A DNA stretch of 64,000 nucleotides, taken from IMG/VR virus record IMGVR_UViG_3300033121_001723, positions 1 through 64,000 of that record. The stretch is one strand, 5' to 3'. The stretch is from a virus (Duplodnaviria > Caudoviricetes). This document shows, one piece after another, positions 1 through 9,292 of the stretch (the first letter of the stretch is position 1; each line of letters opens with the position of its first letter). Both the position numbers and the translations under genes were made by a program. The notes beneath the pieces are model-generated. The model did no database searches, had not been told where the DNA came from, and saw nothing but the letters and a program-made list of their open reading frames with translations.

Positions 1-6
1 CAAAAT

Positions 7-138
7 TTACTCAGCGTCATTCCAGCCAGCGAGCCATTCATCGGCATCATAGCTGCCTGCTGGGTAAGGATTAGCTGTCTTTGGCTCACCTTGCACGCGA
101 GCTTCGTATCCAGTGTTGTAGGCTTCTGATCGGTTCAT
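7..138 (-). CDS. Rmf/CrpP-like small protein (43 aa), not in the ORF track
   Basis: Manual translation MNRSEAYNTGYEARVQGEPKTANPYPAGSYDADEWLAGWNDAE*; AYxxGYxA..G..NPY..WxxGW pattern; AAGGA upstream. Confidence 0.7.
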   Translation of the reverse strand: MNRSEAYNTGYEARVQGEPKTANPYPAGSYDADEWLAGWNDAE

Positions 139-233
139 TGTCGCGGTCCTTGTGTTTGCGTTTGTCGTGCGTCGCGTTGCTTTACCTCTAATTAGTCAGT
201 TGCTCGGATACCACGCCTCCGTACGGCTCTAAC

Positions 234-446
234 TCAGTTCTTCGCAGTTCCTCGATAGTTGTCTTTTCGGCAGGTCTGACACTGATAGACGAACAGACCG
301 TTACTCTGATCTTGGCTGGTCAGATGGCACACACCCCTGCCGTCCGCTGGAGGGGGTGCGCTAAAGCCAGTAGGGCAGCACTCCGGACACGGAACGTGCT
401 GCTCCCACTGGTTGTAAATCACAAAATGCTCTCGGGGATCATCCAT
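234..446 (-). CDS. small Cys-rich hypothetical protein
   Basis: CPECC and CQTC pairs; 8-nt overlap with the upstream gene. Confidence 0.55.
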   Translation of the reverse strand: MDDPREHFVIYNQWEQHVPCPECCPTGFSAPPPADGRGVCHLTSQDQSNGLFVYQCQTCRKDNYRGTAKN

Positions 447-816
447 CTGTGAATCTGCTTCTACGGTATTCCGCAGCCGCTAAGTCTTCTTTCTGAAACG
501 TCTCGAACAGGTCGTACAGAGGGGATTCCGCAACCGAATCGAACACGCCTGCAGACTCGGTCGGGAAGTCTCCAGCCGACATTCCGCCCGTCACCCAGTA
601 ATTACAGAACGTAGTTACTTCACGACAGTTGGTGAGTACCGGCAGCTGGCGCACACAGGCCCGCAGACGGTCTTGCCAACGATCGATGCCTGTCGGCTTC
701 TCGTGCTCTGGGATATCGGCCGCCGTCAACTTACTGATCCGGTCGAATATCGCCTGCATACGGGCGTCGGTCCACTCAAACTTTGGCAGTTGGTACAGCA
801 GGAAGTTTGCACCCAT
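439..816 (-). CDS. hypothetical protein
   Basis: Packed - strand ORF; VTGGMSxGDxPTE motif recalled from Planctomycetota hypothetical proteins. Confidence 0.65.
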   Translation of the reverse strand: MGANFLLYQLPKFEWTDARMQAIFDRISKLTAADIPEHEKPTGIDRWQDRLRACVRQLPVLTNCREVTTFCNYWVTGGMSAGDFPTESAGVFDSVAESPLYDLFETFQKEDLAAAEYRRSRFTDG

Positions 817-854
817 GGCTACTTTGTCTCCTCGATTACTAAGCCTTCGGTAGG

Positions 855-1100
855 CTACTTGTTTCGCACGAAATTGAAATAGAACCGTGGGCTGTGCTGG
901 AACTCCAGTGACCCCATGGCTCCGTCGATGATCCGCTGCACGGTGACATACGGGGCCAGAAATCCAAGCACTCGGAAATCCTGCTGCAACTGGGTGGTAT
1001 CCCAGACTTGCCCGTACTGGGCCTCCAAGGCGGTCCGCTCCGCGGCCGCTGCATTCAACTCCGCAACCCGTTCTCGCCGTACACCTTCTGTAATATCCAA
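855..1100 (-). CDS. conserved hypothetical protein (Planctomycetota-type)
   Basis: GQVWDTxQLxxDFxVLGFxAP...GSLEFQHxPRFYFNF motif; GGAGG upstream. Confidence 0.75.
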   Translation of the reverse strand: MDITEGVRRERVAELNAAAAERTALEAQYGQVWDTTQLQQDFRVLGFLAPYVTVQRIIDGAMGSLEFQHSPRFYFNFVRNK

Positions 1101-1145
1101 AGTATTGGCCTCCGCTCCAGCTTTTTGAATGGCCGCTGGCAGCCC

Positions 1146-1775
1146 TCAGTTTTCCAGTTTCAGAACTCGACCCGATACGCTCGGGTCTTCATACAGCCAC
1201 AACGGCTCTCGATCCGGCATCTCTGCCAGCACAACTTGGGAGAGCTGTCCGTCCTGACCTGCAACAGTCCGGCACAGCAGCTTGACGGGATCACCGTCGT
1301 GCTTCCCGAACGATTGGACCAAGGCCAGCTCCCCAGCCGCAGCCGCCGCAACAATGGCCCGCAGCTGGGCCTTATCGGCCTCGGTAAATGCCATGGCCGT
1401 CTGCCGAGCAATCTCCGCAACATCCCGTCGGAACCGGTACAGGCGGGGTTCTCGCTCCTGCCACGGCCTCGTCCCGCCATCAGCATAGACCGCCTTAGAC
1501 TCACCTACCTTCCGGCAGGTGTACAGATTCCCGTTGGGCTCGATCGCGAGGCTCACCCCGAAAGTGGCCAGCGGCGTCACATACGGAACCTTGGACTTCC
1601 AGCCTTTCCGTTTGTTGTAGCCGTCAAACATTTTTTCGGCATTGAGGTACTTCAGATAGACATCCTCGCCGTCGACAGCCGTGATCACGCAGACCATCCG
1701 GCCCTCGGGACATTCGGTCTCGTTGCCGATCACACAGTGTCCGACCGCAATCTCGCTGACTGGCAGCAACATCAA
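1146..1775 (-). CDS. hypothetical protein
   Basis: Packed - strand ORF with protein-like composition. Confidence 0.6.
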   Translation of the reverse strand: MMLLPVSEIAVGHCVIGNETECPEGRMVCVITAVDGEDVYLKYLNAEKMFDGYNKRKGWKSKVPYVTPLATFGVSLAIEPNGNLYTCRKVGESKAVYADGGTRPWQEREPRLYRFRRDVAEIARQTAMAFTEADKAQLRAIVAAAAAGELALVQSFGKHDGDPVKLLCRTVAGQDGQLSQVVLAEMPDREPLWLYEDPSVSGRVLKLEN

Positions 1776-1800
1776 ATCGCCCTTTCTGTTGGAGAGCCGG

Positions 1801-2562
1801 TTAATCCGGAAACTCGATCACCGGGTAGTCATCCCATGGCAGCTTGGCTGCGACCGCTTCGGCGGGCCCTTGAGCGGCCATGTAAATCAGAAATGGACCC
1901 TCGAATCCACGGTCTAGCACGGATTCCAAGAGGAGTGCGTCCGCCTTGTCGAGGCGGGCTTCGCCGTCCGTGGCATTCAGCACGGCTCCTGTAAACGTGG
2001 GTACCCCGTTGGAGTCGGCACAAGCCACCACGTAACGGCGCAGGGCTCGCGGGGGCAGCCCAGACATGTAATCCTCTGGAACACCCAAGGCGTCCAACCA
2101 GCGGCGTAAGGCAAGCCCATCTACGGGCCGCAGATCCTCCGGCACAGTCCACCCTCGCACATACCAATTGCCAGACTCCGGAGCGTAGGAAATCAGCCAC
2201 GCCTGCTCCGGGTCACCGGTCTTGTCCGGTATCCCCCACATCGGAGGGGTTCCCGGCAATAACACAAATCCGAGCTCCCGGAGCAACACCCGGTTGATCG
2301 GTACTACTCTCAACCGCTCTCTCTCCGCAGCCCGCGAAGCAAAGTCGGTCAGGTTCCATTTCGCATCCGCCGGATCTGACTCGGCAACCCACGTTCTCCA
2401 GTCCTTCAGAGGAACCGTATCTGGTTCTTCGTCCGATAGTCTGATGTAGCGGACAACAGGTGCTGTGACCGACAGCACAAATCGCCACGTGTCTACGTCT
2501 TCCGGATCTCCCCATACCTCATACTGTCGCGGCTGACCATCTTGATTCTTGGCCATAGTCAT
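1801..2562 (-). CDS. hypothetical protein
   Basis: Packed - strand ORF; C-terminal YVVAC..NGxPxF...GFEGP...GP module. Confidence 0.65.
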   Translation of the reverse strand: MTMAKNQDGQPRQYEVWGDPEDVDTWRFVLSVTAPVVRYIRLSDEEPDTVPLKDWRTWVAESDPADAKWNLTDFASRAAERERLRVVPINRVLLRELGFVLLPGTPPMWGIPDKTGDPEQAWLISYAPESGNWYVRGWTVPEDLRPVDGLALRRWLDALGVPEDYMSGLPPRALRRYVVACADSNGVPTFTGAVLNATDGEARLDKADALLLESVLDRGFEGPFLIYMAAQGPAEAVAAKLPWDDYPVIEFPD

Positions 2563-2621
2563 CTTTCAAAGTTGTTGGTTGTTCGCCCGGATCTCCACGC
2601 CCTCCGGAAAGCTGTCCGATT

Positions 2622-3194
2622 TCAATCCGTCGAATCAGGTTCGTAGACGATCGGTAACGACACCCGAACGTCCGCCGCCACTCTGACCTGTTGCCGTGGT
2701 CGACCTCGTCCATCCTCGTTCGAGACTGTGATTGTCATTGTCTCATCGATATGTTCGTTCGGTCGCTCGCGGCGGTCCCGAGGCAGACGGACTTCTACCT
2801 TGGCGTCTCGGATACGGTATTTCACCGTCAACTTACCGAGCTCGGCTGCGAATTCCCGGGCCACTTGGGGGATCTGAGGAACCTCAGGGGCAAACTTGCT
2901 CTGCTCTGTCGGACTTTCCTCGGCATAGCTGGCCCGCTGCCGCCTGATACGCAGTAACAGTTCGACCACCTCGGAACACTTGCTGAGCCCAGGGAACTCT
3001 GCGACATTTCCGTCGGGGTCGCGGTGAGAACTCATTCGGACACCGCGTACGGTGTCCACCCTGAACAGCGACAACAGTGCCCACGACCCGGAATAATCTG
3101 CCGGCACTGGCTTACCTTTCTGCGGATCGTAGTACCCGTCGATATCCAGCCAGCCGATTGGTACGGCCGCATAACCACCATTCAATGTAATCAT
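2622..3194 (-). CDS. hypothetical protein (start reassigned to ATG 3194)
   Basis: GGGGA upstream of ATG 3194; packed arrangement. Confidence 0.55.
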   Translation of the reverse strand: MITLNGGYAAVPIGWLDIDGYYDPQKGKPVPADYSGSWALLSLFRVDTVRGVRMSSHRDPDGNVAEFPGLSKCSEVVELLLRIRRQRASYAEESPTEQSKFAPEVPQIPQVAREFAAELGKLTVKYRIRDAKVEVRLPRDRRERPNEHIDETMTITVSNEDGRGRPRQQVRVAADVRVSLPIVYEPDSTD

Positions 3195-3242
3195 GGATTG
3201 ATAATCCCCCGCGTTACAATGCCGTGCGGACGGCAACAACAC

Positions 3243-3593
3243 TCACAGATCGTTCGGGTCTGTCTCCAACAATTCTTCTGCCGCTTCCAGTTCTGCGGCC
3301 TCTGCGGTATGGGCAGTGAGCTGCAAGAATTCCTGCAAATCTTTCACAAGCTGCTCGGACTTCACCAGGAGCCACTCCAAATACCACCGAGGTATCAAGG
3401 ACAGCATCTGCCCAGCATACTGCCCGAACTCCAGCGTTATCGCTGCAACAACCGACAGTTTTCGGCGGACCTCGGCCTTCTCCTCGGCCACGACTTTCGG
3501 CTGCAGCTGCTCTCGCAGCTCTTCGATAAACGTTTCGATGTGGTCCGCGCTGGTCAGCTCATCCCGGACCAGTTCCAGTGCCGTCTTGGCCAT
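3243..3593 (-). CDS. DUF3820-like protein
   Basis: FGQYAGQMLSLIPRWYLEW matches the FGKYxG..L..lP..YLxW motif. Confidence 0.55.
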   Translation of the reverse strand: MAKTALELVRDELTSADHIETFIEELREQLQPKVVAEEKAEVRRKLSVVAAITLEFGQYAGQMLSLIPRWYLEWLLVKSEQLVKDLQEFLQLTAHTAEAAELEAAEELLETDPNDL

Positions 3594-4233
3594 GTTCCGG
3601 CCCTGCACCCGTCTCGTCAGTCTTGCCTTGTCTATCACCTTGGTCCTCCTGAATTGCGTCACTGTACAATGGTGGCCGGTCCACCTGCAGATAATTGAAG
3701 ACCGGGTGGCCGTCTGCGAACGTATCCAGCAACAGCTGGTAGAACACATTCTCGGGAATCCCGTCTACCGGCACTTGGAACTTGTCGTCGTTCAATATCG
3801 CCATGACCAGGTAGGCCAAGCTGGTGCCGACATTCTGAAAGCTCAGCGATTCCACCGCTTCTGTGATTCCCTTGGTCACCTCGGCGATCAGCAGCAACCG
3901 CTGCAGCTCCTTCTCGACATGGGCCACCGTGAGCTGCGGCCGATCGATACTGAGATTACCGTAGGCCCGCTGAACCAGCTGTCTCAACTGGTCTTCACCC
4001 ATGTTCGACAACTGGTAGATAACTGTCAAGTCCATGACGGCCGTCACTGGCACTCGGATCTTATCTGATCCCCTGATCGGGTCGTCGCCCGTCGGTCCGA
4101 TCGCGATTTTTGATCCATTTTCCGCTCCCCACTCCAGCATGTCCGCGACAATCTGTGGATTGGTGACGATGTGCCCATTGCCGCAGTCGATCTGCGTAAT
4201 TTCTTTCCCCGCATCCGGCTCTTCAGTCGACAT
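3559..4233 (-). CDS. hypothetical protein
   Basis: GAGG upstream of ATG 4233; packed arrangement. Confidence 0.6.
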   Translation of the reverse strand: MSTEEPDAGKEITQIDCGNGHIVTNPQIVADMLEWGAENGSKIAIGPTGDDPIRGSDKIRVPVTAVMDLTVIYQLSNMGEDQLRQLVQRAYGNLSIDRPQLTVAHVEKELQRLLLIAEVTKGITEAVESLSFQNVGTSLAYLVMAILNDDKFQVPVDGIPENVFYQLLLDTFADGHPVFNYLQVDRPPLYSDAIQEDQGDRQGKTDETGAGPEHGQDGTGTGPG

Positions 4234-4313
4234 ACCGACTCCTCTCTTCCTACAGTTCTTGTTCCGGACCGTTATACCACGGGTTACCACGCCCTCCGGA
4301 GGGCAGCCTGGAG

Positions 4314-4511
4314 TCAGCTTTCCACCTTCTCCAGTTTGAAATAGTCCACAGTGGGGACAAACACACGCGAGCCTCGGTACAGGTAGAAATAGAGCTTTTC
4401 GCTCCTGCGTGGTTTTGTCCCGCTGTGGATATTGACCTCCCGGCCATCAGCCAGCTTGAACCGGCCCATCTTGCGGAGATTCTGCAATCGGATCTTCATG
4501 GTACTACCCAC
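4314..4511 (-). CDS. small basic hypothetical protein
   Basis: Fills the gap between neighbours; 65 aa. Confidence 0.55.
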   Translation of the reverse strand: MGSTMKIRLQNLRKMGRFKLADGREVNIHSGTKPRRSEKLYFYLYRGSRVFVPTVDYFKLEKVES

Positions 4512-4553
4512 TGCGCTCCTGTCGCCGGGAATACGAAGCGTCCCGGATCGCTG

Positions 4554-5486
4554 TCAGGACTGTGGAATTACCCGGTCCCTGCGAATATACCGCACGTGGG
4601 GATTCCCCTCCTGCGGAATAACATAAAGGCTTTCCGGAGAGGATGCCTCCTTGACGGCACACAAAACAGGCTGATCTTGGTTCCACCACGCCTTAACGTA
4701 AACCAGCTGCCCGACCCAGAACTCCGGATCTTTGTGCAGGCAATCTGAACATTTCTTGCCTCCGGCGTGGATTTTACCGAGAGTCCCGTCAGACCTCTGG
4801 TATGAATTCATGATGGTGTGCCGATACCGACCACACCGCTCACAGCGCCGCTCCTGAACCATCTTGGGATACAGATTCCTCCAGACGCTCTTGACGACGG
4901 ACATATCCAGCCAGTCGCAGTCGTCCCGGAGTTTGCCCTCCATGTCGATCCACGAGTTCTCTTTCGCCACAGTCAGAATGCGCCAAAACTCGGTATCGAT
5001 ATTGTCGAGTCCGAGGCCTCCTGCGAAACCTACCCGCTTGTCTGTTTCTGGAGCTACCCACTCAGCCGGCGTCAGACCTCTTCCTCCCGAGGCGTCGACC
5101 AGTACGGAATGGTTCACGCACGGCACGGCCAGTAACGGTGCGTTCCAGTCGTTGTGCTGTGTGATGATCTCGTGATGCGGATACTTGGTGCACAGCAGCC
5201 GCAGTTCGGCCTCTGAGACATTCCCGTTCACTTGGATTCGCTGAGCGTAAAACGGCTCACTGGGCTGCCCGTACATCAGATCTGCCCGAGATACACTTCC
5301 GCAGAAATGTACCGAGATGGGTATTCCCAAGGATTGCAACTTGGTGAGAATTACGAGCCTCTCGTCTCGGCTCGGGTACCGCGGCCTGTCGCCCGCTTTG
5401 TAGCTTACCAGGACCCCGACCTCCATGTCTCGCGGCAGCTGGCTGATGTCTGTCTTGATATCCACACCGGTCATTGTCAGTTCCAT
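4554..5486 (-). CDS. phosphoribosylanthranilate-isomerase (TrpF)-like TIM-barrel protein with C-terminal Cys-rich extension
   Basis: LVDASGGRG...GFAGGLGLDNI...WIDMEGKLR motifs; CERC and CSDC pairs near the C-terminus. Confidence 0.65.
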   Translation of the reverse strand: MELTMTGVDIKTDISQLPRDMEVGVLVSYKAGDRPRYPSRDERLVILTKLQSLGIPISVHFCGSVSRADLMYGQPSEPFYAQRIQVNGNVSEAELRLLCTKYPHHEIITQHNDWNAPLLAVPCVNHSVLVDASGGRGLTPAEWVAPETDKRVGFAGGLGLDNIDTEFWRILTVAKENSWIDMEGKLRDDCDWLDMSVVKSVWRNLYPKMVQERRCERCGRYRHTIMNSYQRSDGTLGKIHAGGKKCSDCLHKDPEFWVGQLVYVKAWWNQDQPVLCAVKEASSPESLYVIPQEGNPHVRYIRRDRVIPQS

Positions 5487-5498
5487 AATAGCCTTTCT

Positions 5499-5696
5499 CT
5501 ACGGACTGTGTCCGTTCTCGCGTTCGAAATTCTGAATGTATCCTGGCAGCAACGCCGGGGGAGCCTCCGTAGGAACCGGGATTCCGTCAAACACCGATGT
5601 GGCACTGGGTGCCCCACCATGCCCATTGCCGCAGGAGATCCCCGACGGAGTATCAAACTGCGGAGCGCCACAGACTGAACAAATTAAACCTGTCAC
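5499..5696 (-). CDS. small Zn-binding hypothetical protein (GTG start)
   Basis: CSVCGAPQFDTPSGISCGNGHGG motif at the 3' end of ORF 5499..6080. Confidence 0.55.
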   Translation of the reverse strand: MTGLICSVCGAPQFDTPSGISCGNGHGGAPSATSVFDGIPVPTEAPPALLPGYIQNFERENGHSP

Positions 5697-5736
5697 TGCT
5701 ATCCCCTGTTTCCAGTTGTTTCGACTGCCAAATCTG

Positions 5737-6276
5737 TCAGCTATCGATGACTCTGCTTGCTTCGATTCGCGACTTTGGGAACTCGGTCTTCCGGTCGATC
5801 CATCGCTTGTAAAATTCCTCACCCATCCCGGTAGCGTCCGAGGCTCGGTAGAAATTATCGTACAGGATGCTGTAGTACACGTCTGGCGGAATGGTCGGTG
5901 GTCCGCATTCCGCGAACAGCTCAGGGACTTCGACCGTGTACATCTCCGCCAGCAGCTCGCGATCCAGCAGCTGGTGGTCCAGGCTCTCGCAGTAGAACCC
6001 GTCATCGGTCTCCGGAGCGTCTGGTGGTCCAGCTGCCTTCGTTCGCATCTTCCCTGTGAAAACGATCTCCACGTTGCCACCGAACTGCCTGCCGAGGATC
6101 ATTCCGGAATCCTCCGGCCAACTGGCATTTGTAAAATAGTGTTCCGCCCAGTCTGCCGCCGTCAGACGGCCCGGCACAGTCAGGTCAGCACTATGGAAGC
6201 TGTGCCGGACCAGCTTCCCATCCACCAAAAGCAGCCGCCCGTGAACCAGCACTTCGCGAATATCACTTGCCAGCAT
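5737..6276 (-). CDS. hypothetical protein
   Basis: ATG 6276 overlaps the upstream gene end. Confidence 0.55.
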   Translation of the reverse strand: MLASDIREVLVHGRLLLVDGKLVRHSFHSADLTVPGRLTAADWAEHYFTNASWPEDSGMILGRQFGGNVEIVFTGKMRTKAAGPPDAPETDDGFYCESLDHQLLDRELLAEMYTVEVPELFAECGPPTIPPDVYYSILYDNFYRASDATGMGEEFYKRWIDRKTEFPKSRIEASRVIDS

Positions 6277-6550
6277 CGAAGAGTCCTTTCCCGTATTGAG
6301 TTTCAACGATTTGAATGTAACCCTGTTTGTCGTACTTCGTGGCCGCCAAGCCTTCATAGAGCAGCCGGCCGATCGCTTGACGGCTGGCGGCCTTCTCTTG
6401 TCTGCAGGCCCAAAGATCGCCAGCCTGCCGCCAGTAAAACGGCAGGTTCTTACGCAGATCAAAACTGGCCGCCAAGATCTCCCCGGCGTGTAACCGATCC
6501 AGGATTGCCCGCTGGGCCGGGGACAAAATGATTCTGCTAGGCTGGGACAC
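6263..6550 (-). CDS. small hypothetical protein (possible winged helix)
   Basis: GTG start after GGAG; overlaps both neighbours; LSPAQRAILxxL N-terminus. Confidence 0.55.
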   Translation of the reverse strand: MSQPSRIILSPAQRAILDRLHAGEILAASFDLRKNLPFYWRQAGDLWACRQEKAASRQAIGRLLYEGLAATKYDKQGYIQIVETQYGKGLFDAGK

Positions 6551-7013
6551 CTTCCGTCAGCTCCTTTCGATAAGCCTCGATCGTCTCCGTAATCCCGGAC
6601 ACCAGGTTTCGCAACTCGGTGATGACCTCCTCGTGGCCCGCCGAATGTCCGCGGTCGTAGGCGAAATAGCTGGCCCAGCCGTGAAAGGCCCTGGTAATCT
6701 GGGCCAGCAGTTCGTCTTGAATTTTATTGAACTGCTCCTCGGTCATCCGATCTTGCATTACGCGGATCGACAGTTTTCTCTCAGGCCCGTCTGGGACGAC
6801 CTTGCCCTGCTGCAGCTTGTATCTCCGCTGTGAGACCTCCGCAAACTGGTCCGTCCCGTAAGGGGCCCGGACGCCGACGTCTGCGACATACGCTTCAGCT
6901 CCGCGCTGCAGCTTGGTATTGAATTCGAGAGCTGACTCGTATTCGATGTCTAGCCACCTCTCTGGAAACGCACCCATGCGTAAGCACACCGACACAGTTG
7001 TCTTACTCGCCAT
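6537..7013 (-). CDS. hypothetical protein
   Basis: ATG 7013 lies 4 nt after the upstream stop; C-terminal AYDRGHSAGxEEV motif. Confidence 0.6.
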   Translation of the reverse strand: MASKTTVSVCLRMGAFPERWLDIEYESALEFNTKLQRGAEAYVADVGVRAPYGTDQFAEVSQRRYKLQQGKVVPDGPERKLSIRVMQDRMTEEQFNKIQDELLAQITRAFHGWASYFAYDRGHSAGHEEVITELRNLVSGITETIEAYRKELTEGVPA

Positions 7014-7017
7014 TTGG

Positions 7018-7890
7018 TCACTCTGTTTTTGGAAGTTTGTAATCTTTGTCCACCGTACCGAATTTTTCAGACCCTGACGCGTGTGCAGGCCTCCACACCC
7101 GCCCGACAACTCTTCCGAACAACGGCTTGTCGGCCGTATAGGTCGCGAAGTTTCCACGCACAATATGCAAGGCCTTGCCGGGCCCATCGCCCGCGGTGGG
7201 TCCGATCGTCGTGCGCTTCTTACCGCTGTAATTGATCGATAAGACGTGGTACCTGAATTCCGGTACTTTCATTCGCCGGGTCCACTTGGCCTTGGGCGCC
7301 AGCTCCTTGCTCTCGGATTTGACGATGTTCTTGCAATTGGCAAAGCTCAGGGCCAGCATGTACACGTCCCGCATGAGATGAACATACGTGTCGTACATCT
7401 CATCGGTCTGCTCTTTCGAAGCCTCGCCAGGATACATCAACCCACCACCGTAAACGTAGTTACCGTCCTTGTCCAAGAAGTACTCATACCTGGCTACAGG
7501 CATACTCAGTACATCGTCATCAGGAATGTACGTGACATACCGGACATCGACGACCCACTCTGCCTCCTCTGGCACAGGATCGCTTGGCAGCGGACCCCTG
7601 TTTGGCAGGCTGATCGAATGCCACCTACCCATGCTAGCCTTGTGCACCCGCAGCAGAACTCCGCAATGGACAATGTCCTGAGGTACCGCAACACCAGCCG
7701 AATTCCGCATATAGTCTGGCATGATCCACTCGATGAACAGCGGCTCGTGAAATGGCATCTGGCACGGGAAATCGTCCTTGGCTGACCATTCCTGTTTTGT
7801 CTGGTCGCAGTAGTGGAGTGCGACATTGTCTGCGACCAGAATCAAGGCTTGAGCCAGATCCTCTCTGAACTCATCCACAAAGTCCCGCAT
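7018..7890 (-). CDS. conserved phage hypothetical protein
   Basis: C-terminal RYHVL...LHIVRGNFATY...LFG...VWRPAH..G...G.V.KDY pattern. Confidence 0.65.
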   Translation of the reverse strand: MRDFVDEFREDLAQALILVADNVALHYCDQTKQEWSAKDDFPCQMPFHEPLFIEWIMPDYMRNSAGVAVPQDIVHCGVLLRVHKASMGRWHSISLPNRGPLPSDPVPEEAEWVVDVRYVTYIPDDDVLSMPVARYEYFLDKDGNYVYGGGLMYPGEASKEQTDEMYDTYVHLMRDVYMLALSFANCKNIVKSESKELAPKAKWTRRMKVPEFRYHVLSINYSGKKRTTIGPTAGDGPGKALHIVRGNFATYTADKPLFGRVVGRVWRPAHASGSEKFGTVDKDYKLPKTE

Positions 7891-8001
7891 GATGCCTTCT
7901 TTCAGCTTCTGATCGCCAACAGAAGGGCTAAGCAGCAACCAGATCTGACTGGAATTGGCCGCCGCCACTCTACTCGCCAAACGCAACATGACACTGTCTC
8001 C

Positions 8002-8292
8002 TTACGGGATGATCGAGAATCCTGCGGCCTGCCGCACCGCATTACGCCGCCATTTCCAGAACCCTGTCAGCTCTACGGGCAGCTCGGGCGTCATCACCAG
8101 TTCCAAATACAGATCGTGAATAGCTCGTTTACGGTCTGGTCCCAGACCCGTTGCTACACCTTTGTAAAGTGGCACAGAAACGGCGACAACCTGGAACACC
8201 CCTTCCACATTGGCCGCTGTTGTGTAGATGGAGCCGTAACGACTTACCACCCACTGTTCGACACAGTCCGGACCGTTAATCTCTGTGCTCAT
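8002..8292 (-). CDS. hypothetical protein (start reassigned to ATG 8292)
   Basis: GAAGGGAAG RBS between the palindrome and the ATG. Confidence 0.55.
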   Translation of the reverse strand: MSTEINGPDCVEQWVVSRYGSIYTTAANVEGVFQVVAVSVPLYKGVATGLGPDRKRAIHDLYLELVMTPELPVELTGFWKWRRNAVRQAAGFSIIP

Positions 8293-8304
8293 TGTGCTTC
8301 CCTT

Positions 8305-8320
8305 CAATTTCCGGAAATTG
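8305..8320. promoter_or_regulatory. palindromic motif copy 1 CAATTTCCGGAAATTG (perfect 20-bp palindrome 8303-8322)
   Basis: Read directly; 12 nt upstream of ATG 8292. Confidence 0.9.
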
Positions 8321-8330
8321 AAACCCAGCG

Positions 8331-8420
8331 TCAACAACACCACAACACAAAGGGACTGACCAAGCAGACCAGTCCCGAAACAACACAAGCCACCGCATAT
8401 CCAATTTCGTCGTTCGTCAT
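8331..8420 (-). CDS. 29-aa hydrophobic (single-TM) peptide
   Basis: MTNDEIGYAVACVVSGLVCLVSPFVLWCC*; AAGGAG RBS. Confidence 0.55.
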   Translation of the reverse strand: MTNDEIGYAVACVVSGLVCLVSPFVLWCC

Positions 8421-8472
8421 TTGACACTCCTTTGTCGCTGTACCGGAAACCATCCGCCCGGTCGCGGGTTCA

Positions 8473-9195
8473 TCAGCCAAAAATCGGAACGGAGTTTTGC
8501 AGCATCGCCGCGAACTCCGCCCGCAGCGCCGACTCCTCCACGAGGTAGTGGGCCCCCCATCCATTCCGCAGATTGATCTCATTCAAGCGGCTGCCCAGCA
8601 ACTTGTGCCGCGCTACCACCCAGTCGGCACTCAGGTACCTGCAGTGCAGTAATCGCAAATCCGGACTCTGGTACGTACACACCCGCCCAGTCGGTACCGC
8701 ATTGTGGCAGCCGTGGTTGTAACCGATGTCATCGATAGCCTTTGGATCGAACATGACCCACTTGCTGTAGCGCATGTCCTTGACGCCGCGAGATTCGGCT
8801 GTGAACACCGGTTCCGGAAACTCCGGAAACACGTCTGAAACGACTTGCCAGCCGTCCGGAGCCAGGATACTGCAGCCGGCACTCTTGCATTCTGGCAGCA
8901 GCTCGCCCCAGTTCGGATGGTGAATCAGCTCGTCGATGTCCACGCATACGATCCAATCCGGGCTGCGGTCGTCCGTCCAGTGATACCTCTTGACGCGGGT
9001 GATGTCGTCTTCCGAGGTCTCATAGTCCAGGTCTCGCAGCTCGCACTGCGGGTGACTCGCAATCAACTCCCGGGAGCCGTCTGTCGACATATTGTCGTAG
9101 ATGAACATCCGCTCGACGAACTGTTCGTAATGCCGCAGGAAGTGCGGCAGCATCCGGATCTCATTCCAGCAGGTACAGTACAGGTGTATCCGCAA
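8473..9195 (-). CDS. glycosyltransferase (GT-A fold, GT2-like)
   Basis: NE..MLPHFLRHY...IYDNMSTDGS...WIVCVDIDE (DxD); AAGGAG before TTG. Confidence 0.85.
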   Translation of the reverse strand: MRIHLYCTCWNEIRMLPHFLRHYEQFVERMFIYDNMSTDGSRELIASHPQCELRDLDYETSEDDITRVKRYHWTDDRSPDWIVCVDIDELIHHPNWGELLPECKSAGCSILAPDGWQVVSDVFPEFPEPVFTAESRGVKDMRYSKWVMFDPKAIDDIGYNHGCHNAVPTGRVCTYQSPDLRLLHCRYLSADWVVARHKLLGSRLNEINLRNGWGAHYLVEESALRAEFAAMLQNSVPIFG

Positions 9196-9251
9196 CTCTT
9201 TTGCTCCTTTGAACTCAAAGCGGTCAAAGTCCGCTTCACGTAGAATAGATT

Positions 9252-9285
9252 AGAGGCGGCAGTGTATCGCTACACCGCCGCCTCT
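9252..9285 (-). terminator. 15-bp hairpin with GCGA (GNRA) loop and one G-U pair on the - strand
   Basis: AGAGGCGGCGGTGTA-GCGA-TACACTGCCGCCTCT, just after the stop at 9293. Confidence 0.6.
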
Positions 9286-9292
9286 CTGCCGA

